64,000 bases of DNA from Felis catus (Eukaryota). Below are positions 26,718 through 38,216 of this stretch, in pieces. Within the stretch, counting starts at the first letter, position 1, and each line of letters starts with the position of its first letter. The stretch lies in contig NC_058368.1 of the NCBI RefSeq assembly GCF_018350175.1, forward strand, positions 153,452,001 to 153,516,000, given 5' to 3'. The notes beneath the pieces are model-generated. The model was not told the origin of the DNA, searched no databases, and saw nothing but the letters and a program-made list of their open reading frames with translations. Both the position numbers and the translations under genes were made by a program.

Positions 26718-26910
26718 CTGGGTTGTATCCCAGCTCTGCTACTTAGTAACTTTGTAATCTTGGGCAGCCACAGCTTTCTGAGCCTCAGTTTCCTCATCTA
26801 TCAAATGGGCATAAAATTACCTTCCTCAGGGAATTGTTATGAGAATTACATGGGTTAATTCATTAAAGTAGTGGCTGACACTGGGTAAACACTATTAGCT
26901 ATTATTAGTA
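26718..26910 (+). mobile_element. MIR SINE
   Basis: atcccagctctgctacttagtaac...ctgagcctcagtttcctcatctatcaaatggg. Confidence 0.88.
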
Positions 26911-26926
26911 TTTCTGTACCCTTCAC

Positions 26927-27141
26927 CTAAAATTTTTTTTTAATGTTTATTTATTTTTGAAGGAGAGAGAGACAGAGTGTGGGTGGGGGAGGGACAGAGA
27001 GAGAGGGAGACACAGAATCGGAAGCAGGCTCCGGGCTCTGGGCTGTCAGCACAGAGCCGGACGCGGGGCTCGAACCCACGAACTGTGAGATGACCTGAGC
27101 CGAAGTCGGACGCTCAACCGACTGAGTCACCCAGGCGCCCC
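26927..27141 (-). mobile_element. Can-SINE (young, CpG-rich)
   Basis: gacgcggggctcgaacccacgaac...ccaggcgcccc; TSD acccttcac (26918-26926 / 27142-27150). Confidence 0.97.
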
Positions 27142-28812
27142 ACCCTTCACTTTATATCTGTCTTCTGGGTGTCTGTATTTGTGCATCATTGCACTCTTGC
27201 TAAGAAAGGCATAGATTTACTTACAGACGTTGTGATGACTGTCCGCAGGATCATATTCTGCTTTTGTAATTTCTGATGTATTTTAGTAGAGGGAAAAGTT
27301 GACTGTTACCCTTGAATTTCATCCATCTTCCAAAACAATTACTGCTTAACAATTAATAGGATTAATCATCTTTTAAGTGTTTAACTCTGACTTCAAATTT
27401 ATGAAATTGAAACCTGTTAAAAAAATCAGTATTAACAAAAGCCAAATATATTGAGTGATCCTATTGGCCTTATCTTAAATTTTAATTTCAGATTAGAAGT
27501 AAAAGCGAATTTAAAGTATGTTGCCAGATAGAGTCTTCTCTATTTTTATGCACACATTGGATATGAGGTGCATGGTTAGGTATCTTACTTAGCCTTTTAG
27601 CCCAGCTCGAGGAAGAGTTAATAAAGTAAAGTTATGTAAAGTGCATTGAACTCCTCAAGAGAGAAGTGTTATATTAATACCTGCCTCACAGTGATGTTCT
27701 CAGACTTAATGATAGAAAGTTTGTAAATTGCCTTGGTACTCCCAGTAACATCCTGATGAAGCATCATTTCGTTTTATTGCAAAGAGCTCTAAGTTACACA
27801 GAATGCAAGTTAAGGGGGAATAATATCCCAGTCCTTATTTTATAATCAGAAGTACATAAAATAAAGAGAAAACATTTTGTTCCAGTTGTGAGTGGTAGAG
27901 TTGATCATTTTTATATTTTCTTTCCATATTACTTTTGGGAGAGGGGCAGAATTTATAACGCACAGTTTAATCGAGCACTCGTCATTAAAATATGTAATGG
28001 AAGAAACAATGATCATGATACAGAGACCTTTAAGGACACTATTATTCAAACATTTAAAAATTAAATTCCAGTTTTGAAAGAATCAAACTCCATTTTATAT
28101 GATTCTATTAAGTTTGGCATTTTTGAGACATGTCTTAAATCGATACCTGTAATACTTACAAACATCAGTAGAGAGAATAGTATTGTAAACACATATTCTT
28201 GCTGTAGGGTACATTTTAAATGTCTAAACACTAATCAATATAGAGAAATTAAGTATTGACTAAAATAGCTTTATAATAAGTAATTATTGGTTTGCTCTTT
28301 TAGAAATTAGACATTTTCACTTTGGGAATAAAGAGTAAATTTACTGTCATGAAATTAAAGTGTTTTTGACCTTTTTGTACAACTTTCCTCTCTCTATGAA
28401 ATGATTAGGTTTAAATATGATTGCACAGCTGTATTATGTTGCAAGCATCAATTTTTAATTATTATAAGGTCAATGTTAGAACAAATGTGATTAGTACAGT
28501 ACCTCAGTGCACTTATTTACTTTCCACTAAAAAACCACCCTGTGTTTACTAAAACCAACCTGTACCTCTCTCTGCTGATATGACTAATTATATTTATGCC
28601 AAATCCTTTATCCCCCCCCTCCCCACCCCAGTGTTCATCCTATGTATGTGATTTTGTTTATTCTTTTGATTTTAAAAAAATATAAATTGCCTGACTTATC
28701 TCTTCCCTTCAAATAGAGGGACATTTATTTTCCTATGTGTGTGTAGGTGTCTCTGTGTGTATAACCACAGATATTAGTAACTGCACGATTCTCCTGCCTT
28801 TGTATAACATGG

Positions 28813-29143
28813 TGTCTTAGTTAGCTTGGGCTGCTGTAACAAGATATCATAGACTGGGTGGCTGAAACAACAAGCATTATTTCTCACAGGTCTGGGGCTG
28901 AGAAGTCCAAGGTCAAGGTACCAGCAGATTCAGTGTCTGATTAGAGACCCCTTTCTGGTTTGCACATGTCTGTCTTCTGGTTATGTCCTTACCCGGCTTC
29001 TCCTTAGTGTGTGCACATGGAAAGACACAGAGAGAGAGCTCTTCCTCTTCTATGAGCATTAATTCTATTATGAGGACACTACCCTCATGACCTCATCTAA
29101 ACTTAATTACCTCCCAAAGGCCTCGGCCCCACCCCCAAATATC
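28813..29143 (-). mobile_element. MaLR LTR (MLT1A-like), truncated
   Basis: tgtcttagttagcttgggctgctgtaacaa...gaagtccaaggtcaagg...ctcatgacctcatctaaacttaattacctcccaaaggcc. Confidence 0.85.
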
Positions 29144-29400
29144 AGCTCATCTAAAGCCCATGTAAAGAGAAAAGGAGTTTCCTTTTGAGACATGAGTTTC
29201 CATGTCTACATGTGTGTAGAAATTTGTCTTATTTTTCTTACTGCTCCAAGTGACTTTGGATTTCGCTCTTTAAATGAAAAGATGTGGCATATAAAAATAA
29301 CAGAATAGTAAATGAGCTACATGCTAGTCATGAAAATTCTTCAGATGTTCAGCATGAATAGTAATTCAGGTTTTAATGAAAAAGTAGTTTTCTAATTCTT

Positions 29401-29591
29401 TCTTTCCTTTGTATTTTTTTTAAAGTTTATTTATTTTGAGAGAGGCAGAGACAGCATGAGTGGTGGAGGTGCAGGAAGACAGGGAAAGAGAGAGAATCCC
29501 AAGCTGCCAGTGCAAAGCCCAATGCGGGGCTCAAACCCATGAAGCCGTGAGATCATGACATGAGCCTAAACCAAGAGTCAGACACTTAACC
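29401..29591 (-). mobile_element. Can-SINE, 5'-truncated
   Basis: SINE body ends at gacacttaacc and lacks the A-box head. Confidence 0.9.
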
Positions 29592-29619
29592 GTTTTCTGA
29601 TTCTAGTTTTCTGATTCTT

Positions 29620-29837
29620 TTTTTTTTTAAATTTTTAATGTTTATTATTGAGAGACAGAGAGACACAGAGTGTGAGCAGGGGAGGCATAGAGAGAGGGGG
29701 AGACATAGAATCTGAAGTAGGCTCCAGGCTCTGAGCTGTCAGCACAGAGCCTGACACGGGGCTCGAACTTACAAACTGTGAGATCATGACCTGAGCTGAA
29801 GTCGGTAGCTTAACCAACTGAGCCACCCAGGCACCCC
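29620..29837 (-). mobile_element. Can-SINE
   Basis: Full length; 18-bp TSD tctagttttctgattctt (29602-29619 / 29838-29855). Confidence 0.97.
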
Positions 29838-31439
29838 TCTAGTTTTCTGATTCTTAACTGTTTCCTTATATTTTGTTTCTGTTAATAGGTTATATTTTAA
29901 AAATAATATTTAAAAAGTAAAACAACCCCACATTTGTTGTGTTTATGAAATGAGACAGTCAGTGTAAGATTTCCTACAAACTAGAACATGCAGGCCAGAT
30001 GTTCCATCTTCATGGCTTGGTGAATGAATGGTCGGATGCTGGTAGGGCTCCTCTGGGGGTCTTAAGATGCAGTGGTGAAGAACAGATCATTACTTGGCTA
30101 TGACAAGTGGCAATGGGGCTGGTAGGGAAATGACTCATTATTAGTATTGATCAGGGTGGGCTGTAAAGAAGATAGGTCTTGCCTTTGATTCCTTCATACT
30201 TCTTTGGTCATTGAGTAGGGGCAGAAGGAACATTTATAGGAATTATAAGAACTTTACTTCTGTGTTGAATGATGCAGCTTCTTTGGCATTTCCTTCTCAC
30301 CTGCTATATTATTGTTGAGTTACATATTCTGAAAATAGTTGCCTTTAAAAAGAAACATGTAGGGTACTCTTGTTGAAAAATTTCAAGGCCTAATGATTAG
30401 GATCAAATGATGGAGGTCCAGGCATTGCAACAAAGAGTTAGGAGGTATTTGGGGTTGGATGGTTCTTTTCCAAGCTTAAATTATGTTACTCAGGAGTAAG
30501 CTTATTCTAAGTAGTTTTGTGAGCCACTTATTCTCTTACTCCAGCTCTGTTACTGCCTCCACCCTCGCTATCTACGTACCAAAATATTGTGAATAATGCA
30601 CTATAAACATTGCCTAAGGAATTCTTTTTCTTTTAAATAGGACATCATGAAAGCAAGCAAAAAATCTGTTATTATACAAGTCACATATGAGATCTGTATA
30701 ACAGATCATGAATGTATGATTTGAGAGGATGTAAAAGCCACAGAAATATTGTTTGTCAAGGTTAAAATCATGCTTTATTCCTCTCAGCCATGGAACTTGG
30801 GCAAAATTTTTTTAAACCAGGTTTTGTCACTGTTTTCAGACCACACATGGGTTGCAGTAATTCTATGGTGCCTTCTCAGTTACCTTCTTTGAGCCTAACT
30901 CTTTCCTCAAGACATAAAACATTTTAAAAGATGAGAGGACCAACTATGGTATTTCATTTTCAGTCTCTGCCTTTACATTTGCTTTTCCTTTCAAGACTGT
31001 ACTAGTTATCATCCTGACTTTGGACATATAATTGTATGGATTACACATTTAGAGCAGACTCTACTGTGTTTATTTTGGTGGTCACAGGAGTCTAGTGCGG
31101 GGAGTATAAATATGGCTCACAAGATGAAGGAGCAATAGTACCATACTGCTGTATGTTTCTAAGTAAAATAAAATCCATGTATTAATTATCCACCTTGCTT
31201 TGGCTAGGTATTTAATATTAGCCATAATTTGTCACTCTCTGCTTTTTTACTATGGTACAGGATGCTCAGGTGGCCTACACAATGTGAAAAAAGGAAGAAA
31301 GGGCTTTTGGTTATCAGTTTACCTTTTTTTGCCATTGTGATAGTTGCTTAGGGTGCAAACTATGGCCAATTTGGAGATGCAGAGCCATGTCATTCTAAGT
31401 AAGGCTGGGACAGAGAATTTTTCTAAAACTTTGGTTTTT

Positions 31440-31462
31440 ATTTCTTATTTTGTTTTTATTTT

Positions 31463-31512
<50 letters not shown>

Positions 31513-31632
31513 ATCTCAAGCAGGATCCATGCTCAGCATGGAACTTGATGTGGGGCTTGATTCCATGATCCTGAGATCATGACCTGAGCTGAAATCTAGA
31601 GGTCTCAACTACATGAGCCACCCAGGAGCCCC
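31440..31632 (-). mobile_element. Can-SINE
   Basis: (GA)n and body; TSD tc(t/c)aaa(a/g)ctttggttttt (31422-31439 / 31633-31650). Confidence 0.93.
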
Positions 31633-32032
31633 TCCAAAGCTTTGGTTTTTAAAAGACTATTGAAAATGAAATTTTTGAACAGCCTGGAGCCATTTACTTA
31701 GCCTGGTCATATCAGCCTCTCTCTGCCATGGTGAAACACTTTTGTAAACACACATGAATAGCCAGTTATCCTATGAAAAGATGATCCATCACATTAAGAA
31801 AATGAAAATATTAAAATGAGAATATATTTTCTACTGCTGGATAATAAAAATGAAACATTAGGACTATAACAGGTGATGGCAAAGAGAGGGAGAAATGAAA
31901 CACATAATCTGTTATTGGGAGTATAAGCAGGTGCAACAACAAACAACAGTCATAATATTTAACCAATGTCAGGCATTATTACCCTTTAGTTACTGAATTG
32001 AAGGATGGTCTTTGATGGTTAGGAGGCCTAGG

Positions 32033-32299
32033 TAGGGTAACCAGCTTGTCCCGGTTTGCTGGGAACTTTTCTGGTTTAAAACTGAACATCCTTGAGACAC
32101 CTAGGTGTTAAGCGTCCGACTTTGGCCTAGGTCATGATCTCACAGCTAATGAGTTCAAGCCCTGCGTCGGGTTCTGTGCTGACAGCTCAGAGCCTGGAGC
32201 CTGCTTCGGATTCTGTGTCTCCCTCTCTCTCTGCCCCTCCCCTGCTCACTCTGTCTCTCTCTCTCTCTTAAGAATAAATAAACATAAAATCAAACAAAT

Positions 32300-32347
<48 letters not shown>

Positions 32348-32414
32348 CCCTGAACATCCTTTGTCTCAGAAACTCTCTCAGCTCCAGGCAAACCAAGATA
32401 GTTTAGTCATCCTA
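32033..32414. mobile_element. MER81-like hAT-Blackjack MITE, interrupted by a Can-SINE
   Basis: TIR-like ends tagggtaaccagcttgtcccggtttgc / ggcaaaccaagatagtttagtcatccta. Confidence 0.75.
32094..32349 (+). mobile_element. Can-SINE with A-box deletion and (CA)21 in its tail (32303-32344)
   Basis: TSD ctgaacatcctt (32082-32093 / 32350-32361). Confidence 0.95.
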
Positions 32415-33110
32415 TGGTCATGGAAATTATAGGGGGCCCTCAGGGGAGCAAGTATTTCTTAAGGGTGGAAATTATTTCAATATTCTAATGGCGAATTCAC
32501 ATTGGTGTGTACTAGCTGAACAATAGCTCTGCATATACCTACTTTGGAAGATAATTTGGTGTTATCTTAGGAAGTTCAGTAAACACATACCTATAATGCC
32601 AAAATTCATCTCTATGGCATATAGATTAGAGAAACTCTTGAACATGTGTATGGGAGATGTGTACAAGCATTTCATAGTCATGTTGTCTGTAATAACAAAA
32701 AATTGGGAAAAACGTGAACATCCTGCAACAGAACACTCGAAGACTATGCTGTGTTTTTCATACAATGGAATGAAGAAACAATTGAAGGGACCATGGCTAA
32801 AAGCAGCAGTCTGAGTTCATTTCAAATACATTGAGGCAAAGAAACAAGTTGGAAATACATAGGGTATGATTCATTTATATAAATTTAAAAATAGACAAAA
32901 TAAAATATTTTTAAAGGGATATAAACATTCAAAATTATAAAGAAAAGCAAGTGGGTGAAAAGTACACAAAAATTCATGGCAGTGATTCCCTGTGGAATAA
33001 GGAAGGGGCTCACAAGGGGCCTTGAAGAGATTGAAGTGTTCCAAGTCTTCAGCCAATTCTTCAGTGATACATGGTTGCTCTTTTTATTCTTTGTACCTAA
33101 CATGTATAAG

Positions 33111-33112
<2 letters not shown>

Positions 33113-33156
<44 letters not shown>
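33113..33156. repeat. (AC)22 microsatellite
   Basis: Counted directly. Confidence 0.97.
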
Positions 33157-33159
<3 letters not shown>

Positions 33160-33834
33160 ATTTAATAAAAAATTTGAAAATTACAAAAAGTTAAATTTTG
33201 GGGGGCCCTAAAAATTACATTTTAATGCTTCATGTCCTTTCAAGGTATATGGTAAATTTATCACATAACAAGTATTTATTGATACCTTACCGTGTATTAT
33301 GTAATGTTGAAAAAAAAAAACCCCAAATCCCTGCCTTCAAAGGCCATAAATTTTGGTGGGGGAGAAGAACAATAAGCCTCTACATAAATAAATATATAAA
33401 TACATAGGTACAACATGTATGTTATAAAATTTCAGGTTGACGTTAGAAATGGAAAGTAATAAAGGACAAAAAAGAGAGAAGGTCAGGAGGGACTAATTTT
33501 GAATGATCAGGAAGGCCTTTCAGAAGCTCATGACCTGTGATTAGAGTCCTGGATAAAGTGAGGAACCAGCCACATGAATATTTGGGGGGAGAAGGTTCTA
33601 GGCAGAGTGAAGAGCCACTAACTTAGCTCCCAAAGTCCATTCCAAAACCTTCCACTTCATCCAAGGCACTATGTGCAAAAAACGAGAGGTCTCTACACCT
33701 CATACATCCCCAATACCTTTTATTTTTCCAGGATCAGAGAAAATATCCTCATGCTCTCAGATAGAGCTGTCATCCCTAGGCCCCTCACCAGAGTCTGTGG
33801 CCTCTGTAAGCAGAAGCATTTCTTTGAAAAAAAA

Positions 33835-35207
33835 TTTTTTTTCAATATATGAAATTTATTGTCAAATTGGTTTCCATACAACACCCAGTGCTCATCCCAA
33901 AAGGTGCCCTCCTCAATACCCATCACCCACCCTCCCTTCCCTCCCACCCCCCATCAACCCTCAGTTTGTTCTCAGTTTTTAAGAGTCTCTTATGCTTTGG
34001 CTCTCTACCACTCTAACCCCCCTTTTTTTTTTCCTTCCCCTCCCCCATGGGTTTCTGTTAAGTTTCTCAGGATCCACATAAGAGTGAAACCATATGGTAT
34101 CTGTCTTTCTCTGTATGGCTTATTTCACTTAGCATCACACTCTCCAGTTCCATCCACGTTGCTACAAAGGGCCATATTTCGTTCTTCCTCATTGCCATGT
34201 AATACTCCCTTGTGTATATAAACCACAATTTCTTTATCCATTCATCAGTTGATGGACATTTAGGCTCTTTCCATAATTTGGCTATTGTTGAGAGTGCTGC
34301 TATGAACATTGGGGTACAAGTGCCCCTATGCATCAGTACTCCTGTATCCCTTGGGTAAATTCCTAGCAGTGCTATTGCTGGGTCATAGGGTAGGTCTATT
34401 TTTAATTTTCTGAGGAACCTCCACAATGTTTTCCAGAGTGGCTGCACCAGTTTGCATTCCCACCAACAGTGCAAGAGGGTTCCCGTTTCTCCACATCCTC
34501 GCCAGCATCTATAGTCTCCTGATTTGTTCATTTTGGCCACTCTGACTGGCGTGAGGTGATATCTGAGTGTGGTTTTGATTTGTATTTCCCTGATGAGGAG
34601 CGACGTTGAGCATCTTTTCATGTGCCTGTTGGCCATCTGGATGTCTTCTTTAGAGAAGTGTCTATTCATGTTTTCTGCCCATCTCTTCACTGGGTTATTT
34701 GTTTTTCGGGTGTGGAGTTTGGTGAGCTCTTTATAGATTTGGGATACTAGCCCTTTGTCCAATATGTCATTTGCAAATATCTTTTCCCATTCCGTTGGTT
34801 GCTTCCTTTGCTGTGCAGAAGCTTTTTATCTTCATAAGGTCCCAGCAATTCATTTTTGCTTTTAATTCCCTTGCCTTTGGGGATGTGTCGAGTAAGAGAT
34901 TGCTATGGCTGAGGTCAGAGAGGTCTTTTCCTGCTTTCTCCTCTAGGGTTTTGATGGTTTCCTGTCTCACATTCAGGTCCTTTATCCATTTTGAGTTTAT
35001 TTTTGTGAATGGTGTGAGAAAGTGGTCTAGTTTCAACCTTCTGCATGTTGCTGTCCAGTTCTCCCAGCACTATTTGTTAAAGAGACTGTCTTTTTTCCAT
35101 TGGATGTTCTTTCCTGCTTTGTCAAAGATTAGTTGGCCATACGTTTGTGGGTCTAGTTTTGGGGTTTCTATTTTATTCCATTGGTCCATGTGTCTGTTTT
35201 TGTTCCA
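33835..35207 (-). mobile_element. Young felid L1, 5'-truncated (~1.37 kb; ORF2 C-terminus plus 3' UTR), with a frameshift
   Basis: ORFs 34067-34762 and 34767-35036 are L1 ORF2 ([39 protein letters not shown]); 3' UTR and poly(A); flanked by gaaaaa(aaa)tttttttt at 33826-33842 and 35208-35222. Confidence 0.97.
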
Positions 35208-35213
35208 GAAAAA

Positions 35214-35431
35214 TTTTTTTTTAATGTATGTTTAATTTATAGAGAATGAGAGAGAGACAGAGTACAAGCCGGGGAGGAACAGAGAGAGAAGGAGACACAG
35301 AATCCAAAGCAGGCTCCAGGCTCTGAGCTGTCAGCCCAGAGAACTGGACATGGAGCTCAAACTCATGAGCCATGAGATCATGACCTGAGCTGAAGTCAGA
35401 AGCTTAAGTGACTGAGCCACCCAAGCTCCCC
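35214..35431 (-). mobile_element. Can-SINE whose tail was split by the L1
   Basis: TSD ta(a/t)gcagaagcatttct at 33807-33823 and 35432-35448 encloses both the SINE and the L1. Confidence 0.95.
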
Positions 35432-35949
35432 TATGCAGAAGCATTTCTGAATGGAGCCCATTAACTTTCCCCTTTGGCAAGAGAATCTCCAGACCTCCAG
35501 CACTCTAATGTCCATTTGCTGTCTGGTAGGTGGAAGAGAAAAACATCTCTCATTCTTTTTGGGTCTTCAAAGAAGCCAAAAGAAATCACAGATGGTTATT
35601 GTAATAGATTATTTTGCTACATTTTACATGATAAAATGTTTTAAAGTCTCATTGACTATAGTGCGTACTAAAACCTCAGAACCAGCCTTCAAAAAGGCAA
35701 GGAGTAGAAGGTTTTCTATAATCAGTGTGCCAAAGTATCCTTATATTGGAAGGTTTTTCATGGTCAACTTATGTGATTATCTTTAGCTATGGGTGATAGA
35801 GAGTCCTGGCATAGTGAACAGATGCATAACATTGTCAAGCTACTCAGCTTCTGAGTGTTGGTCTCTCATCTGCCCCTACCTGAAATGTTTATTGTGTGCA
35901 TTAAATAAACTAGTGAGTCTGAAGTTGCTTGGTGGCTGATATGACCTCT

Positions 35950-37390
35950 GCAGTAAGGGTAAGAATAGTCATTTGGAATTGAAGACAACTTTTTTTTAAA
36001 TGATCTGTGATTTTGTTTTTAATTATCCTAAGCCTTTTCACATAATTTACAAATTTGTGCTGATGATGTATCTTTTGTATTTTAATCCTTCTGATGAGTT
36101 GGCAAAAGCATTATTATCAGTCATACATATATGGTCATTCTACCATTGGGTTTTTGAATAGGTGTTTAGAAGACAATCCTGAATTATAACTTGGTCTGAT
36201 TAAGTAAAGCATTTGGAAGCCAAGTTTGCTGCTGTATCTTGTCACACTGAATCTTAAAAACATCTGACCTTATAGATCACCTATAAAAATGTGAGAAATG
36301 TTAAGTATTCTGTATTTAATACTGTACATAAACCATACTAAAATGCCTTTCGTTAAGCAAAAGACAACTCTTTAGATGTAGGGAATTTTAATTAAACTGG
36401 TATAGTTAATACCAAAAAGATAAAGTGGACATTGGCAGCTTATCATCAGCCCTTGCCTTTCAAACGCAACTTGAAACACAACGGAGTCTTGCTGTTCTCT
36501 GAGACAGTGAAGGGATTTCCTCAGTATTTAAATACATTAATATAACCACTTATATAAATCTAAATATAAAACTAATCTCCTATAGGTTTAGAGATGACAT
36601 TTACCGTCTGTGTGAAAAGCTGAACGTTGCTTATCAATTCCAGTCATATCTTCAGAAGGGGAAAACAGTGACAGCACCTGCTGAACCAGAATTACTATCA
36701 GAGTTCAAAAAGCTGATCATATGTTTTAACTACAAGCCAATATTACTTAAATCAGCACTGTCCAAAAAAAGTATTCTCTCAGCCGTTCATGGTCTGAATT
36801 CTGGTGTATGAGATCAATTTAAATACAGGACACATGAAAGAAGTCATCAGACATTTTTTTGTTGCTGTTGTTTTATAATAAATAAGGCAGAGGCCAACTG
36901 TTGCTCCTTAGTAGCTTTTTTTTTTTTTTTTTTGAGATAAGCTATCAAGTCTGCTCTTTCCCTTGCCTTCTTAATGACAGCAAAGATCATTTTTATTCCA
37001 GAGATGTACTTTCTGGGATTATCCAAATACTCCATCAGTGTCTCCTCTCTCCAGGTGATGCCTTTGTTCTTGTTGGCACCTGTGTACGAAAATCTAGGGG
37101 TCTGACCTGTCTTTTGCCCAAATAAACCATGGAGGTTTGGCCCAGACTGTGCTTCTCTCCCTTTTCCGTGGTATGGCACTGGGCACACTTCTGAACAAAA
37201 ATCATCTTGCCTTCTCAACATCGCCCATTAAAATTTGCTCTTTTGACGTGTGTGAAATGAAGGTGACGGCTTGTAAGCTGGACGTCCCACTGTCTACTCA
37301 AGACAAATTTAATTTCAAATTCTGGTTCTGCCACTTACTAGATGTGGTTAAGTTTCTTTTCCGAGTCTTGAATTCCTCACCCGTAAGCTG
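35950..37390 (+). mobile_element. MIR split by the CYCS retrocopy (halves ~35950-35988 and ~37300-37390)
   Basis: Joining the flanks gives gtaagaatagtcatttggaattgaagacaa|atttaatttcaaattctggttctgccacttactagatgtg, resembling the MIR 5' half. Confidence 0.65.
35990..37297 (-). pseudogene. CYCS: Processed pseudogene of somatic cytochrome c (5' UTR, CDS-homologous region 36901-37228, ~900-nt 3' UTR, short poly(A))
   Basis: ATG GGC GAT GTT GAG AAG start; CAQCH codons at 37173-37187; [37 protein letters not shown]; no introns; 1-bp deletions near 37210 and 37148; stop TAA changed to CAA at 36901-36903; ATTAAA (36018-36023) ~20 nt before A8; degenerate TSD with core aagacaa (35982-35988 / 37300-37306). 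Confidence 0.96.
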
Positions 37391-37985
37391 AACATTCATT
37401 CAAAAAACATTTTGGTAGCTTACATACATAGCCAGATAATGTGTTAAGTGTTAGAAAATAACAATAATTATGATAATAATACTCACTGTGAACTCAAGTT
37501 TGTCTCGAGGAATAAATTACTTACTATAAGATCTGTTGCATTGTTTGGTGCATAGTAAGTGGAAGTAACTATTAATATATGAGTAATGTTTGTATCTTTG
37601 GTTCAGATACTTTCCTGGAACTGTAGATTTGTATATTGAACTGCCTACTTGCTCTCTTGGCTTGTATAATATAGATATTTCAAATTTAACACATCAAAAT
37701 AACCCCATTTTTTTCCTTGTTTTCCTGCCATCGTCCTTATCTTCATAAATAGCAAAATCATCCTTTAATTTGTTTACTCATCCTTGACCTCCTGTTTTCT
37801 CTCACATGCTACATCCAGTTTTGCCAACAGATTCACCACCATTTTGTAAATAATGAAAGGAAGGCTTATAGAGTTTAAGAATTGTGTACATGATCCCACA
37901 GCTTGTAAAATAAGTAGGGACATCAGAATTCAAATTCAAGTCTTCTCATTTCCAGTCCATTGCTATTTCATTTTAATATTATGTA

Positions 37986-38051
37986 TTTTTTAAAAGTTTA
38001 TTTATTTATTTTGAGAGAGAGACAGAGAGAGCGAGCGAGCAGGGGAGAGGC

Positions 38052-38082
<31 letters not shown>

Positions 38083-38216
38083 AAGAAAATCACAAGCACA
38101 CTCTGAGTTATCAGCATGGAGCCCATTGTGGGGCTCAAACTCATGAACCACCAGATCATGACCTGAGGTGAAACTGAAAGTCGGATGCTTAACCAAGTTA
38201 GCCAGCCAAGCACCCC
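37986..38216 (-). mobile_element. Can-SINE
   Basis: (GA)n, cagatcatgacctgagg, ttagccagccaagcacccc. Confidence 0.93.

Larger units (their letters stand above)
31755..33030 (+). mobile_element. Old L1M (L1ME/MC-like) 3' fragments, interrupted
   Basis: tatgaaaagatg, ctactttggaagataatttgg, agagaaactcttgaacatgtg, catacaatggaat, tatgattcatttatataaattt; boundaries approximate. Confidence 0.6.

Noticed and set aside
34067..35036. 231-aa and 89-aa ORFs as an active gene or element
   Set aside because: C-terminal fragments of L1 ORF2 in a 5'-truncated, frameshifted copy with no promoter, ORF1, EN or RT core
36847..37228. Functional cytochrome c gene
   Set aside because: Intronless, two frameshifts, stop loss, conserved Gly/Pro residues substituted, and a poly(A) remnant
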